A stretch of 16,759 nucleotides of DNA from Candidatus Spyradenecus sp. (GCA_045535075.1 JAZSKX010000004.1:1-16759); one strand, 5' to 3'. Counted from the stretch's first letter, positions 1 through 7,099 are shown. A program made the numbers and translations. The notes: generated by a model not told the origin, from the letters alone.

Positions 1-366
1 CACAGGATAACCACAGGTGAAACACTCCGCGTTTTACCTGCAGACAGAACAATGGACCTGACCGTCTCCGAAGGAGACACCCATAAGCAATCCCAAAATC
101 TCACGCACAGATCGAGCAATCACAATACCTGCGAAACAGACATACACAGGATAAACACAGGTGAAACACTCCGCGTTTTACCTGCAGACAGAACAATGGA
201 CCTGACCGTCTCCGAAGGAAACACCCATAAGCAATCCCAAAATCTCACGCACAGATCGAGCAATCTCAATACCTACGAAACAGACATACACAGGATAACC
301 ACAGGTGAAACACTCCGCGTTTTACCTGCAGACAGAACAATGTACCTGACCGTCTCCGAAGGAGAC
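1..366 (+). repeat. 144-bp tandem repeat array (copies at 1, 145 and a partial copy at 289), each carrying a 78-nt REP-like two-hairpin unit; probably continues left of the window
   Basis: CACAGGATAA(C/A)CACAGGTGAAAC starts at 1, 145 and 289. Copies 1 and 2 differ at 4 of 144 positions. Each unit holds hairpin CAGGTGAAAC-actccgc-GTTTTACCTG and hairpin GTCTCC-gaa-GGAGAC (one arm mismatch in copy 2). Confidence 0.95.
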
Positions 367-454
367 GCACATAGGATAACCGTAGGTTGAGAGCTCCGCT
401 CGAAACCTACGGGAAGTAAACCCAACCGCTCCGTCTCCGAAGGAGACACCCATA
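352..454 (+). repeat. Transposase-proximal REP-like element (left flank)
   Basis: GTCTCC-gaa-GGAGAC (352-366), 3 nt, CATAGGATAACC (370), hairpin CCGTAGGTT...AACCTACGG (380-412), linker, then GTCTCC-gaa-GGAGAC (433-447) and ACCCATA. Segment 370-447 is 78 nt, the same length as the array unit, with diverged but still paired stems. Confidence 0.85.
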
Positions 455-500
455 TTTGCATTGACCGGAATATTGCCTATCAATTTCGTATGGATTCACC

Positions 501-953
501 ATGAGTTATATTCGATCGCTCTACCATCTTGTTTTTCGCACCCGAAACAGCGCTACCGCACTTACACTTGAGCACTCGGAAGAGCTTTACCGCTATATAT
601 GGGGATTTTGCAAAAAACGGAAATGCGTCCTACTTCGCATCAACGGCATGGAAGACCATCTTCATCTTTTATTTCGCCTACATCCGGAAATCGCACTTTC
701 CGCATTTGTACACGACTTGAAAATAGCCAGCGGAAATTGGCTCCGGCTTCATAAAAATCTTTTCCCCCTGTTTTCCGGATGGGCGAGATCGTACGCCGCA
801 TTCTCGTATTCACATGAAGAACAAGAGCGCGTTTTGGCGTATATTGCAAATCAGAGAGAACATCACAAAACAAGAACCTTTGCAGAAGAATTTAGGGCTT
901 TTCTTGAAGAAAATAAAATCGAGTTCGACGAAAAGTATTTTCTCGCAGAATAG
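501..953 (+). CDS. tnpA: HUH Y1 tyrosine transposase (IS200/IS605 TnpA family, REP-associated RAYT-like)
   Basis: 150 aa with N-terminal YHLVFRT, HUH motif EDHLHLL, W..SYAAFS and catalytic-Tyr helix AYIANQREHH. No tnpB is adjacent. Confidence 0.92.
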   Translation: MSYIRSLYHLVFRTRNSATALTLEHSEELYRYIWGFCKKRKCVLLRINGMEDHLHLLFRLHPEIALSAFVHDLKIASGNWLRLHKNLFPLFSGWARSYAAFSYSHEEQERVLAYIANQREHHKTRTFAEEFRAFLEENKIEFDEKYFLAE

Positions 954-967
954 ACTTCGCGAGCGGG

Positions 968-1072
968 CGTCTCCTCCGGAGACGATGTGGGCGGGGGGGC
1001 GTACCCTCCACAGGTTGAGCGCGGGAACGCGCTACAACCTGCGGTTATCCCATGGGAGTCCGCTACGCGGAC
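968..1072 (-). repeat. Inverted REP-like element (right flank)
   Basis: The minus strand reads GTCCGC-gta-GCGGAC, 3 nt, CATGGGATAACC, hairpin CCGCAGGTTG...CAACCTGTGG, linker, CGTCTCC-gga-GGAGACG. This is the same order of parts as 352-447, in the opposite orientation. Confidence 0.85.
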
Positions 1073-1181
1073 ATACAGCACTACGACGCTCCGCTCGCCT
1101 AAATCTCCTGCGTCGCCTCCCGCTTCTTCTTAAATCCCCAAGCCGCCCCCTCGCGGGAACGCCTCGCATCAAGTACAAAAA

Positions 1182-1682
1182 TTATTCTCCTTCAGCCAAG
1201 GGCAAATCCTGTTGCCCGTCGGGAGCAAAAACGTCCGGAGAAAAGGGAGCTGAAATAGAAACTGCCCGAAGCGGAACTCCTACGCGGGAACAATAAGTTT
1301 TAGTCCAACGAATCAGCGAGGATTCATCCTCCGAAAGGATAATATCCAGCTTGGAGGCGATCGCCTGACCGATTAGCATAGAATCCACTTTCACGACATT
1401 TCTCGGAATATCCCGATTCTCTTCCCGCGCGGGAACAAAAACTTTTGCCGCCTCAGCAGCGTGCTCTCTGTCAAACGATTCAACAACAATTTCCGGAAAT
1501 ACGTCCAAAATTTTTCCGATATCCTCTTTCACCGAAAATTCCGCTACGCTTAGAGCCGAAACGCAAAGGATATGTCCCTGCTCAATCGCACTCGAAACGT
1601 AGTCCGCCGCGTTCCCGTGGTTTTTTCGGGATGCGTCAGCGAGGGAAATCAAAACACCCGTATCAATGAGGATTTTTGCCAT
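1182..1682 (-). CDS. PIN-domain (VapC-like) ribonuclease/toxin
   Basis: 166 aa with the acidic PIN tetrad pattern ILIDTGVLI, SVAEF, KVDSMLIGQA, ILSEDE. It starts 3 nt after the upstream stop, with GGGGAGG upstream. Confidence 0.88.
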   Translation of the reverse strand: MAKILIDTGVLISLADASRKNHGNAADYVSSAIEQGHILCVSALSVAEFSVKEDIGKILDVFPEIVVESFDREHAAEAAKVFVPAREENRDIPRNVVKVDSMLIGQAIASKLDIILSEDESSLIRWTKTYCSRVGVPLRAVSISAPFSPDVFAPDGQQDLPLAEGE

Positions 1683-1685
1683 CAG

Positions 1686-2480
1686 CTACTCGTCCTCCCC
1701 GCGTAAATCCCGCAACCACGCATTGTGGTCAGAAACGTCAGCCCAAATTTTACGCCCTTCTTCCGCTACTTTTTCCAATTTCGCCATCCGATCTTTCCGT
1801 GACAAAGCCGGCTTTGCGGAAATAATCTTCACCAAATGAAAATTTTTCTTCTCCAGCGTGCGGGGATGATACTCATAGCGAATTTTCAACGTTACCTCGC
1901 TGTAAATCTTGTCAAAACCGCGCAACATATCTTTGGACGATTCTACGACCAATAAATTCTTCTCCCCGGGAACCGTTATATGAAGATTCGCTTTTTGCTT
2001 TCCGCCCACGTTCTCAACCGTTCCCGTGACAAAACGCTCAACGCGAATCCACGATGCCTGCTCCGGCGGAAGCTTCAGCGGCGTTGCTTTGGAAATTTTC
2101 AAATTGTTTTCAGGCGACCCAATCGAATAAGCCACAGACTCATCCTTCATCGCCGCTCGCTCCCATTCGCGGGCAATATCGATGCGCTCTTGCGTTGAAA
2201 CAGCGTCTTCATCTCCGGCACTAATCGCCGCAACATCTGCCGACAACGCATTTGCAAGTGCCGCAGGAACGGCAAAAACCAAGCGTAAAGAACCGTTTTC
2301 CATCGCGGGAGCGCGATGCGGAGCATTACCGTCGTTCCCGTAAACGAACTTCATTGCTTGCTCATAAAATTTCAAAAAATCGTTCCGACTGATATGCTCC
2401 AGAGACACAAAGCGTCCGTCTGCCGTCTTCTTCGAAAACGACAGAGGAATCTTCACAAACTCTGTTCCCGCATCAGACAT
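1686..2480 (-). CDS. Hypothetical protein coupled to the PIN gene; candidate large antitoxin/partner
   Basis: 264-aa ORF. The C-terminal tail KIWADVSDHNAWLRDLRGEDE resembles VapB-type neutralising helices (my pattern recognition, not a search result). The 3-nt gap to the PIN start suggests coupling. Confidence 0.75.
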   Translation of the reverse strand: MSDAGTEFVKIPLSFSKKTADGRFVSLEHISRNDFLKFYEQAMKFVYGNDGNAPHRAPAMENGSLRLVFAVPAALANALSADVAAISAGDEDAVSTQERIDIAREWERAAMKDESVAYSIGSPENNLKISKATPLKLPPEQASWIRVERFVTGTVENVGGKQKANLHITVPGEKNLLVVESSKDMLRGFDKIYSEVTLKIRYEYHPRTLEKKNFHLVKIISAKPALSRKDRMAKLEKVAEEGRKIWADVSDHNAWLRDLRGEDE

Positions 2481-2566
2481 TTTTTGAAATCTTTTATGAA
2501 CAAAATTCTTCTACCAAAATCATAACTTGGCGAGGAAAAATTCGAGAGCCCAAGATATCAACAACT

Positions 2567-3664
2567 TCAAGGTTCTTTGTGCTTTACAAAAGAAGTTATC
2601 GATGATGCTAAGTCTTGAAACGGAGATTTTTCATCACATTTTTTATCCAAGGTTGAGCTAGCATTGAACAATAGAGCGCCAACAGCACCATCAAGAAGTT
2701 TCTCTTCCATTTTTATTCCTTCTTTTGCCAACATTTCTGCCTGCTTCCTATAATTCTCATAAGAAGAGGCAACAGACTCTTTATGTGCGTACTCTTGTTC
2801 AAGTCGACGACTTTCACTACGCCTTTTGGCACTAAAAACAGCGAACCAAATACACGGGATATAGAACGGCAAAAGCGACAAAACTCTTTTGGCAACACAT
2901 TCAAAGGATCTTGTACTGTCTGCGGTTGCTACCAACGCTCCCCACTCCCACGTCAATTTGCCATCATGAGACTCTCCTACAAAAATAGTAAACGCAATGA
3001 GAAGCATAAAAGCAATCGACACTACGAACGATAAGTTCCAAATTTTTATCGATTTCTCAAAAGACTTCCTCATCTCTGAAAAAGATTTTGTTAAACCAAC
3101 CGCTGTTGCTCCCGGAAGCAAGGCTTCAATCCTGTCAAACAAAACGTCACATTTCTGATTTTGTTCACCCAACAAGTTTTCTGATTTCTTTAATGCCTCA
3201 TCAACTTTATGATCTAAAGAGTCAACGACCTCGCCGCCTTCATTCGAAGTTCCAAAAACTTTTTCGAAAAAATCCTCCAGTTTCTTTTGCTTCTCGCGCA
3301 ACCTCATCGCGCGAAATTCGATAGATTCTATAGCACGATTTACCTTGGAGGAGGCATTCTCTATCCTTTTCTCTATAGGGACAAAAGAACTATCTTTTGG
3401 ATCTCCCAAAATTCTCTTATACGCCTCATCTATTTGATTTCTCCTCTCTTGGATGTACTCAAGGTTTCTCGAAACCTCATTGAATACTTCCTCCTTTTGT
3501 CGTAGAAAGGTATGTTGCAGTCGTTCAAGATTCTGCCTTACTTCACGAAGTTGAGCACGTTCTTGATTAAGTTGCAGATCCATTGCAGATGCTTTCTCCG
3601 AAAGCATCCTTGCGGACCACGGCTCTACATTTCGAAAACTTGTTCTTTCATCTTCTACTTTCAT
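2567..3664 (-). CDS. Coiled-coil protein with two C-terminal transmembrane helices, function unknown
   Basis: 365 aa with a charged heptad-like N-terminal ~190 aa, then LLPGATAVGL, hydrophobic IWNLSFVVSIAFMLLIAFTIFVG and VLSLLPFYIPCIWFAVFSA, then RRLEQEYAHK. Visibly AT-rich relative to its neighbours. Confidence 0.8.
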   Translation of the reverse strand: MKVEDERTSFRNVEPWSARMLSEKASAMDLQLNQERAQLREVRQNLERLQHTFLRQKEEVFNEVSRNLEYIQERRNQIDEAYKRILGDPKDSSFVPIEKRIENASSKVNRAIESIEFRAMRLREKQKKLEDFFEKVFGTSNEGGEVVDSLDHKVDEALKKSENLLGEQNQKCDVLFDRIEALLPGATAVGLTKSFSEMRKSFEKSIKIWNLSFVVSIAFMLLIAFTIFVGESHDGKLTWEWGALVATADSTRSFECVAKRVLSLLPFYIPCIWFAVFSAKRRSESRRLEQEYAHKESVASSYENYRKQAEMLAKEGIKMEEKLLDGAVGALLFNASSTLDKKCDEKSPFQDLASSITSFVKHKEP

Positions 3665-3688
3665 TTACGGTATCCTCAAATAACAAAA

Positions 3689-4818
3689 TCAACGAACTAT
3701 TGTAGTAAGTAGCAACGAGAGCATTTCTCGCAATTTTTCATTTTCAAGCTTCTTATTGTACCAATTCATAAAAATCGGATTTAGCTGGGATTTTATTTTG
3801 GATAAATCTTCTTCCGTCGGAATTAAAACCGGAATTGAAAACATATTTGCTTGGCTGATTTTTGCTTGAACTCCTCCCGTGATAATATCCTCAATTTTCG
3901 AATTTCTGAGAACGAGATAAAGGAGATTCTCATCAAAGCCGTTTTTACCTTTTAAAATATGGGCATGATTATTCACCCAAAACTTCCCGCGAACATACTG
4001 CACGACAGGCGTTTTATCTTCATTCATCACAGTTCCGTCTTCTCCCATCAAAATATAACAACCATCAAATAGATAATCATCAACATAGTCCATGAGAGAA
4101 GCCGCACCATAGTAAGGATAAAGCTTCTTCATGTTTTCTCGTTCGTATCCCGCAAGCGGTTTTCGTCTGTAGTCAAAGCATTCCGCGATTTCGGAGAGGG
4201 TTCCTGTGCGCCAGCCGGGGGGAAGGTGGGCGGGATCGATGTTGTCCACGAAGGTGCGGCGGTAGAGGGTTTGGGCGGCGGATTCGAGGGTGGAGATGAG
4301 GCGTTCGTTGAGGCAGATGCGGCGCGTGAGTGTTTCGTATTCGGCAACGATTTCGCGTTGGCGGGAAAGCGGCGGAATCGGCAGACGCAAATCGCAAAAA
4401 TCTTCCCACGTCAAACTTCCGCGAACACCACCGACGGCATAGAAGCTGGCTTCCCGATCGAATTCCTTTCGGGAAAACCACATCATCAAATATTTTGGCA
4501 AAAGCGTTCCCGTATCAATGATTTCAAACATCGGATACGCAGGAGACATTATTGCGGATTCTTCTTCAAACATCGCAATCGGTATTTTCCCATCGCGACT
4601 CACCTGCATAAGACTACACGCAAACTGTTCCCGCCGGATAACTTTATAATTGGACAAATCTGTCCCTATGACATTGGCAACCGACGGAATAAACGCTTTG
4701 TCGATAGTCAGACCGACAAGTTTCGTTACCGTCAACTCGCGGTTGCGGGTTCGACTTCGCGGATGTAATCGCCGAGGCGTTTGTAGTCGGTTTTATTCTT
4801 CAGAGAGTTTTCGGGCAT
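3689..4818 (-). pseudogene. hsdS: Type I restriction-modification specificity subunit with an apparent 1-nt frameshift near 4750 (long ORF 3689..4735)
   Basis: Two TRDs with conserved LPIPPLSRQREIV, LPPGWRTGTLSEIA and IPVLIP segments. The typical N-terminus MPENSLKNKTDYKRLGDYIREVE starts at ATG 4818 in another frame and stops at TGA 4734-4732. Adding one A at 4750 restores ...EVETRNRELTVTKL..., about 376 aa in total. Confidence 0.88.
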
Positions 4819-4849
4819 TTCCGTGAGTAAAGTATCAATTTTCGGCGTG

Positions 4850-4955
4850 TTATTTTACTTTTGGGGCTAAAAGTAAAATAAGGCACTTTCTTATTTTAGT
4901 TTCGAGGCTAAAAGTAAAATAACGGATTTTCTTATTTTACTTTCCGTAAATAAGG
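4850..4955. repeat. Three 41-bp-period palindromic units (13-6-13 inverted repeat) between hsdM and hsdS
   Basis: TTATTTTACTTTT-ggggct-AAAAGTAAAATAA (4850-4881, perfect), TTATTTTAGTTTC-gaggct-AAAAGTAAAATAA (4891-4922) and a truncated TTATTTTACTTTCCGTAAATAAGG (from 4932). The 9-nt linkers are ggcactttc and cggattttc. Confidence 0.9.
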
Positions 4956-4957
4956 CA

Positions 4958-4995
4958 GGCGCGGGAACGTCAGGAGGCGCCGGCGTTCCCGCGCC
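4958..4995. terminator. GC-rich hairpin downstream of hsdM built from two inverted GCGGGAACG motifs; possible terminator or pause site
   Basis: GGCGCGGGAACG (4958-4969) pairs perfectly with CGTTCCCGCGCC (4984-4995). There is no clean U-tract directly adjacent. Confidence 0.45.
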
Positions 4996-5046
4996 GGCTC
5001 ATTTGCGTTTCCGGCTCCGTTTGAGTTATTAGAAATTTTCGAATAA

Positions 5047-6636
5047 CTACCGTCCCTTCCGATTCTCCTGCAGCTTAATTTCGTAGCCAAGGTTTTTGAA
5101 GAGGCTGAGCACTTCTTCGCGGGAACGCGCTTCCTCGGCGAGCAATTCGGACATTTCGGCTTGGAGTTCGCGCATCTTGGTGTCGAAATCCACGGATTCA
5201 TCGCGATTGACGAACTCGATGTATTTGCTGGGGACAAGCGACCAGCCTTTGGCTTCGATTTCTTCGAGCGTGGCGGAATAGCAATATTCGGGAACGTTTT
5301 TGTAAGTTTTTTCGTGTCCTTCGCGTTGCCAGTTGTGAAAATTTTCGGCGATGCGGGAAATGTCTTCCGGTGAGAAGCGGATATATTTTTTCTCAAAAGG
5401 TTCGCCCCATTGGCGCAAATCTACGAAGAGCACTTCATTTTCGCGGGAACGGTATTTGACGGGCTCGCCGTTTTGGACGACGGTGCGTGCCTTGCGGTTG
5501 CCCGCCAAGATCCACAGCGTAACGCTGATGTCCGTCGAATAAAACATGTTGCGCGGGAGAATGACGATGGCTTCGACGAGGCGGTTTTCGAGCAGGCGGC
5601 GTCGGATGGCGAGCTCGGTCCCGTCGCCGGAGAGCGCGCCGTTGGCGAGGAGGAAGCCGGCGGTTCCGTCGGCGGAAAGTTTGGAAACGATGTTGAGAAT
5701 CCAAGCGTAGTTGGCGTTGCTTGTAGGCGGGATGTCGTAGCCGGCCCAGCGCGGGTCGTCGCGGAGTTCGTTATCGGCACGCCAAGCCTTTTGATTAAAG
5801 GGCGGATTTGCCATGATAAAATCCGCTTTGAGGGATTTGTGGCGGTCGTTGTGGAAAGTGTCGGCGGCAGATTCTCCGAGATTGTTGGCGATCCCGCGAA
5901 TGGCGAGATTCATTTTGGCGAGTTTGTAAGTTGTGTTGGTGTATTCCTGCCCGTAAACGGAAATATCGCGCTTGTTCCCGTGGTGAGCCTCGATGAATTT
6001 CATACTTTGGACGAACATTCCGCCGGAACCGCAACACGGGTCGTAGATTTTCCCGCGATAAGGCTGAATCATTTCCGCGATGAGATTGACGATGCTTTTC
6101 GGCGTGTAAAACTCGCCTTTGCCCTTGCCTTCCGCGATAGCAAATTTGGAAAGGAAATATTCGTAAACGCGTCCGATGAGATCGTTCTCCCGGTCTTTGA
6201 GCGTGTCGATTTTGTTGATTTCGTCGAGAAGCGCGGCGAGCTTTGTGCGATCGAGTCCGAGCCCGGAGTAATAATTGCTCGGGAGCGCACCTTTGAGCGC
6301 GGGATTTTCTTTTTCGATCGCGGCGAGAGCGGCATCGATTTTAACGGCAATGTCGTTCTGCTTGGCGTTTTCCATAATGAAACTCCAGCGCGAGGTTTCG
6401 CCGAGAAAAAAGACATTTTTCGCGTTGTAAAAGACCGCCTGATCGACAAACGCGCCTTTGCCGTCGGCGATCAGTTCCTCCCGTCGTTCGACAAAACGGT
6501 CGTCGGCATATTTTAGAAAGATCAAACTCAGCACGACGTGCTTATACTCGGACGGTTCGACGGATCCGCGCAGCTTATTTGCGGATTCCCAAAGCGCTTC
6601 TTCGATACTTTTTGTCTTAATTTGATTTTTTACCAT
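5047..6636 (-). CDS. hsdM: Type I restriction-modification system N6-adenine methyltransferase subunit M
   Basis: 529 aa with LWESANKLRG N-terminus, GEFYTP, SAM-binding YDPCCGSGGMF, YGQE and catalytic ANPPFN. Confidence 0.97.
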   Translation of the reverse strand: MVKNQIKTKSIEEALWESANKLRGSVEPSEYKHVVLSLIFLKYADDRFVERREELIADGKGAFVDQAVFYNAKNVFFLGETSRWSFIMENAKQNDIAVKIDAALAAIEKENPALKGALPSNYYSGLGLDRTKLAALLDEINKIDTLKDRENDLIGRVYEYFLSKFAIAEGKGKGEFYTPKSIVNLIAEMIQPYRGKIYDPCCGSGGMFVQSMKFIEAHHGNKRDISVYGQEYTNTTYKLAKMNLAIRGIANNLGESAADTFHNDRHKSLKADFIMANPPFNQKAWRADNELRDDPRWAGYDIPPTSNANYAWILNIVSKLSADGTAGFLLANGALSGDGTELAIRRRLLENRLVEAIVILPRNMFYSTDISVTLWILAGNRKARTVVQNGEPVKYRSRENEVLFVDLRQWGEPFEKKYIRFSPEDISRIAENFHNWQREGHEKTYKNVPEYCYSATLEEIEAKGWSLVPSKYIEFVNRDESVDFDTKMRELQAEMSELLAEEARSREEVLSLFKNLGYEIKLQENRKGR

Positions 6637-6651
6637 GACGCGGGAGCGGAA

Positions 6652-7044
6652 CTAAAAAGTCTGCAGGTTTATTTTTCTGAAGATGAACCAAATCATGCCG
6701 AGACAGGTTATGAGTGTTAAGGCAAAATTTGTTCCCGCGCAAATCCAATCACCGCGCTTTAAAAGCAAAATAGTTTCCAAGCCGAACGCCGACATTGTAC
6801 TCAAGCCGCCCAAGAATCCGGTAATGAGAAAGAGGCGCAAGCCGGAACTGAGTTCGCAAGTTCCGCGAAATGAAATTCCCGCCAGGCAAGCGATCAATAT
6901 GCACGCGATCAAGTTTGCCAAAAATGTCGCAAGCGGAAATCTCAGAGTTCCGAGCCAAGCGACAACGGCAACTCCGATTCCCCAGCGCAAAACACCGCCC
7001 AAGCCGGCTCCGATAAAAACTAACAATGCGTCACGCACACACAT
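6652..7044 (-). CDS. crcB: Fluoride efflux channel Fluc/CrcB
   Basis: 130 aa with four hydrophobic segments and motifs GAGLGGVLRW, FPLATFLAN and TGFLGGLSTMSAF..ET. Confidence 0.93.
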   Translation of the reverse strand: MCVRDALLVFIGAGLGGVLRWGIGVAVVAWLGTLRFPLATFLANLIACILIACLAGISFRGTCELSSGLRLFLITGFLGGLSTMSAFGLETILLLKRGDWICAGTNFALTLITCLGMIWFIFRKINLQTF

Positions 7045-7099
7045 AAAGTCCCGTTTCTACATGTACAGGAAATGCCTCGGTATCATAAAAAATGCGCTC

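Larger units (their letters stand above)
1..1072. mobile_element. RAYT/REP-like locus: Y1 transposase flanked by inverted hairpin repeats
   Basis: A lone HUH transposase with structured repeats on both sides in inverted orientation. Actual mobility cannot be seen from the sequence. Confidence 0.6.

Noticed and set aside
52..390. 112-aa ORF with 48-aa repeats (and antisense ORF 273..461)
   Set aside because: It is a by-product of the 144-bp (3n) repeat. Conservation follows DNA hairpin pairing, and I see no RBS or recognisable domain.
1..454. CRISPR array
   Set aside because: The intervening sequences are near-identical rather than unique spacers, the period is 144 bp, and there are no cas genes.
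456..490. Promoter for tnpA (TTGCAT/TTGACC)
   Set aside because: There is no convincing -10 hexamer at 16-18-nt spacing.
814..1296. Possible tnpB or accessory ORF after tnpA
   Set aside because: It overlaps tnpA, the right REP and the PIN gene, and has no RuvC or zinc-finger motifs.
4217..4222. G6 tract in hsdS as a phase-variation switch
   Set aside because: It is short, in frame and encodes the conserved LPPGW prolines.
4932..5396. 154-aa ORF spanning the hsdM end and the intergenic repeats
   Set aside because: It is an alternative frame of hsdM with low-complexity composition and runs through non-coding hairpins.
5410..6516. Long plus-strand ORFs (also 8275..9051, 9313..10263, 11849..12925, 13010..13804)
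   Set aside because: These are antisense shadows of well-supported minus-strand genes and have no recognisable motifs.
3689..6636. GCGGGAAC as the recognition site of the local HsdMS
   Set aside because: Type I sites are bipartite with an N5-8 spacer, and restriction sites tend to be avoided rather than enriched.
7045..7099. Fluoride riboswitch upstream of crcB
   Set aside because: The gap is only 55 nt and has no GGCGATGG-type aptamer core.
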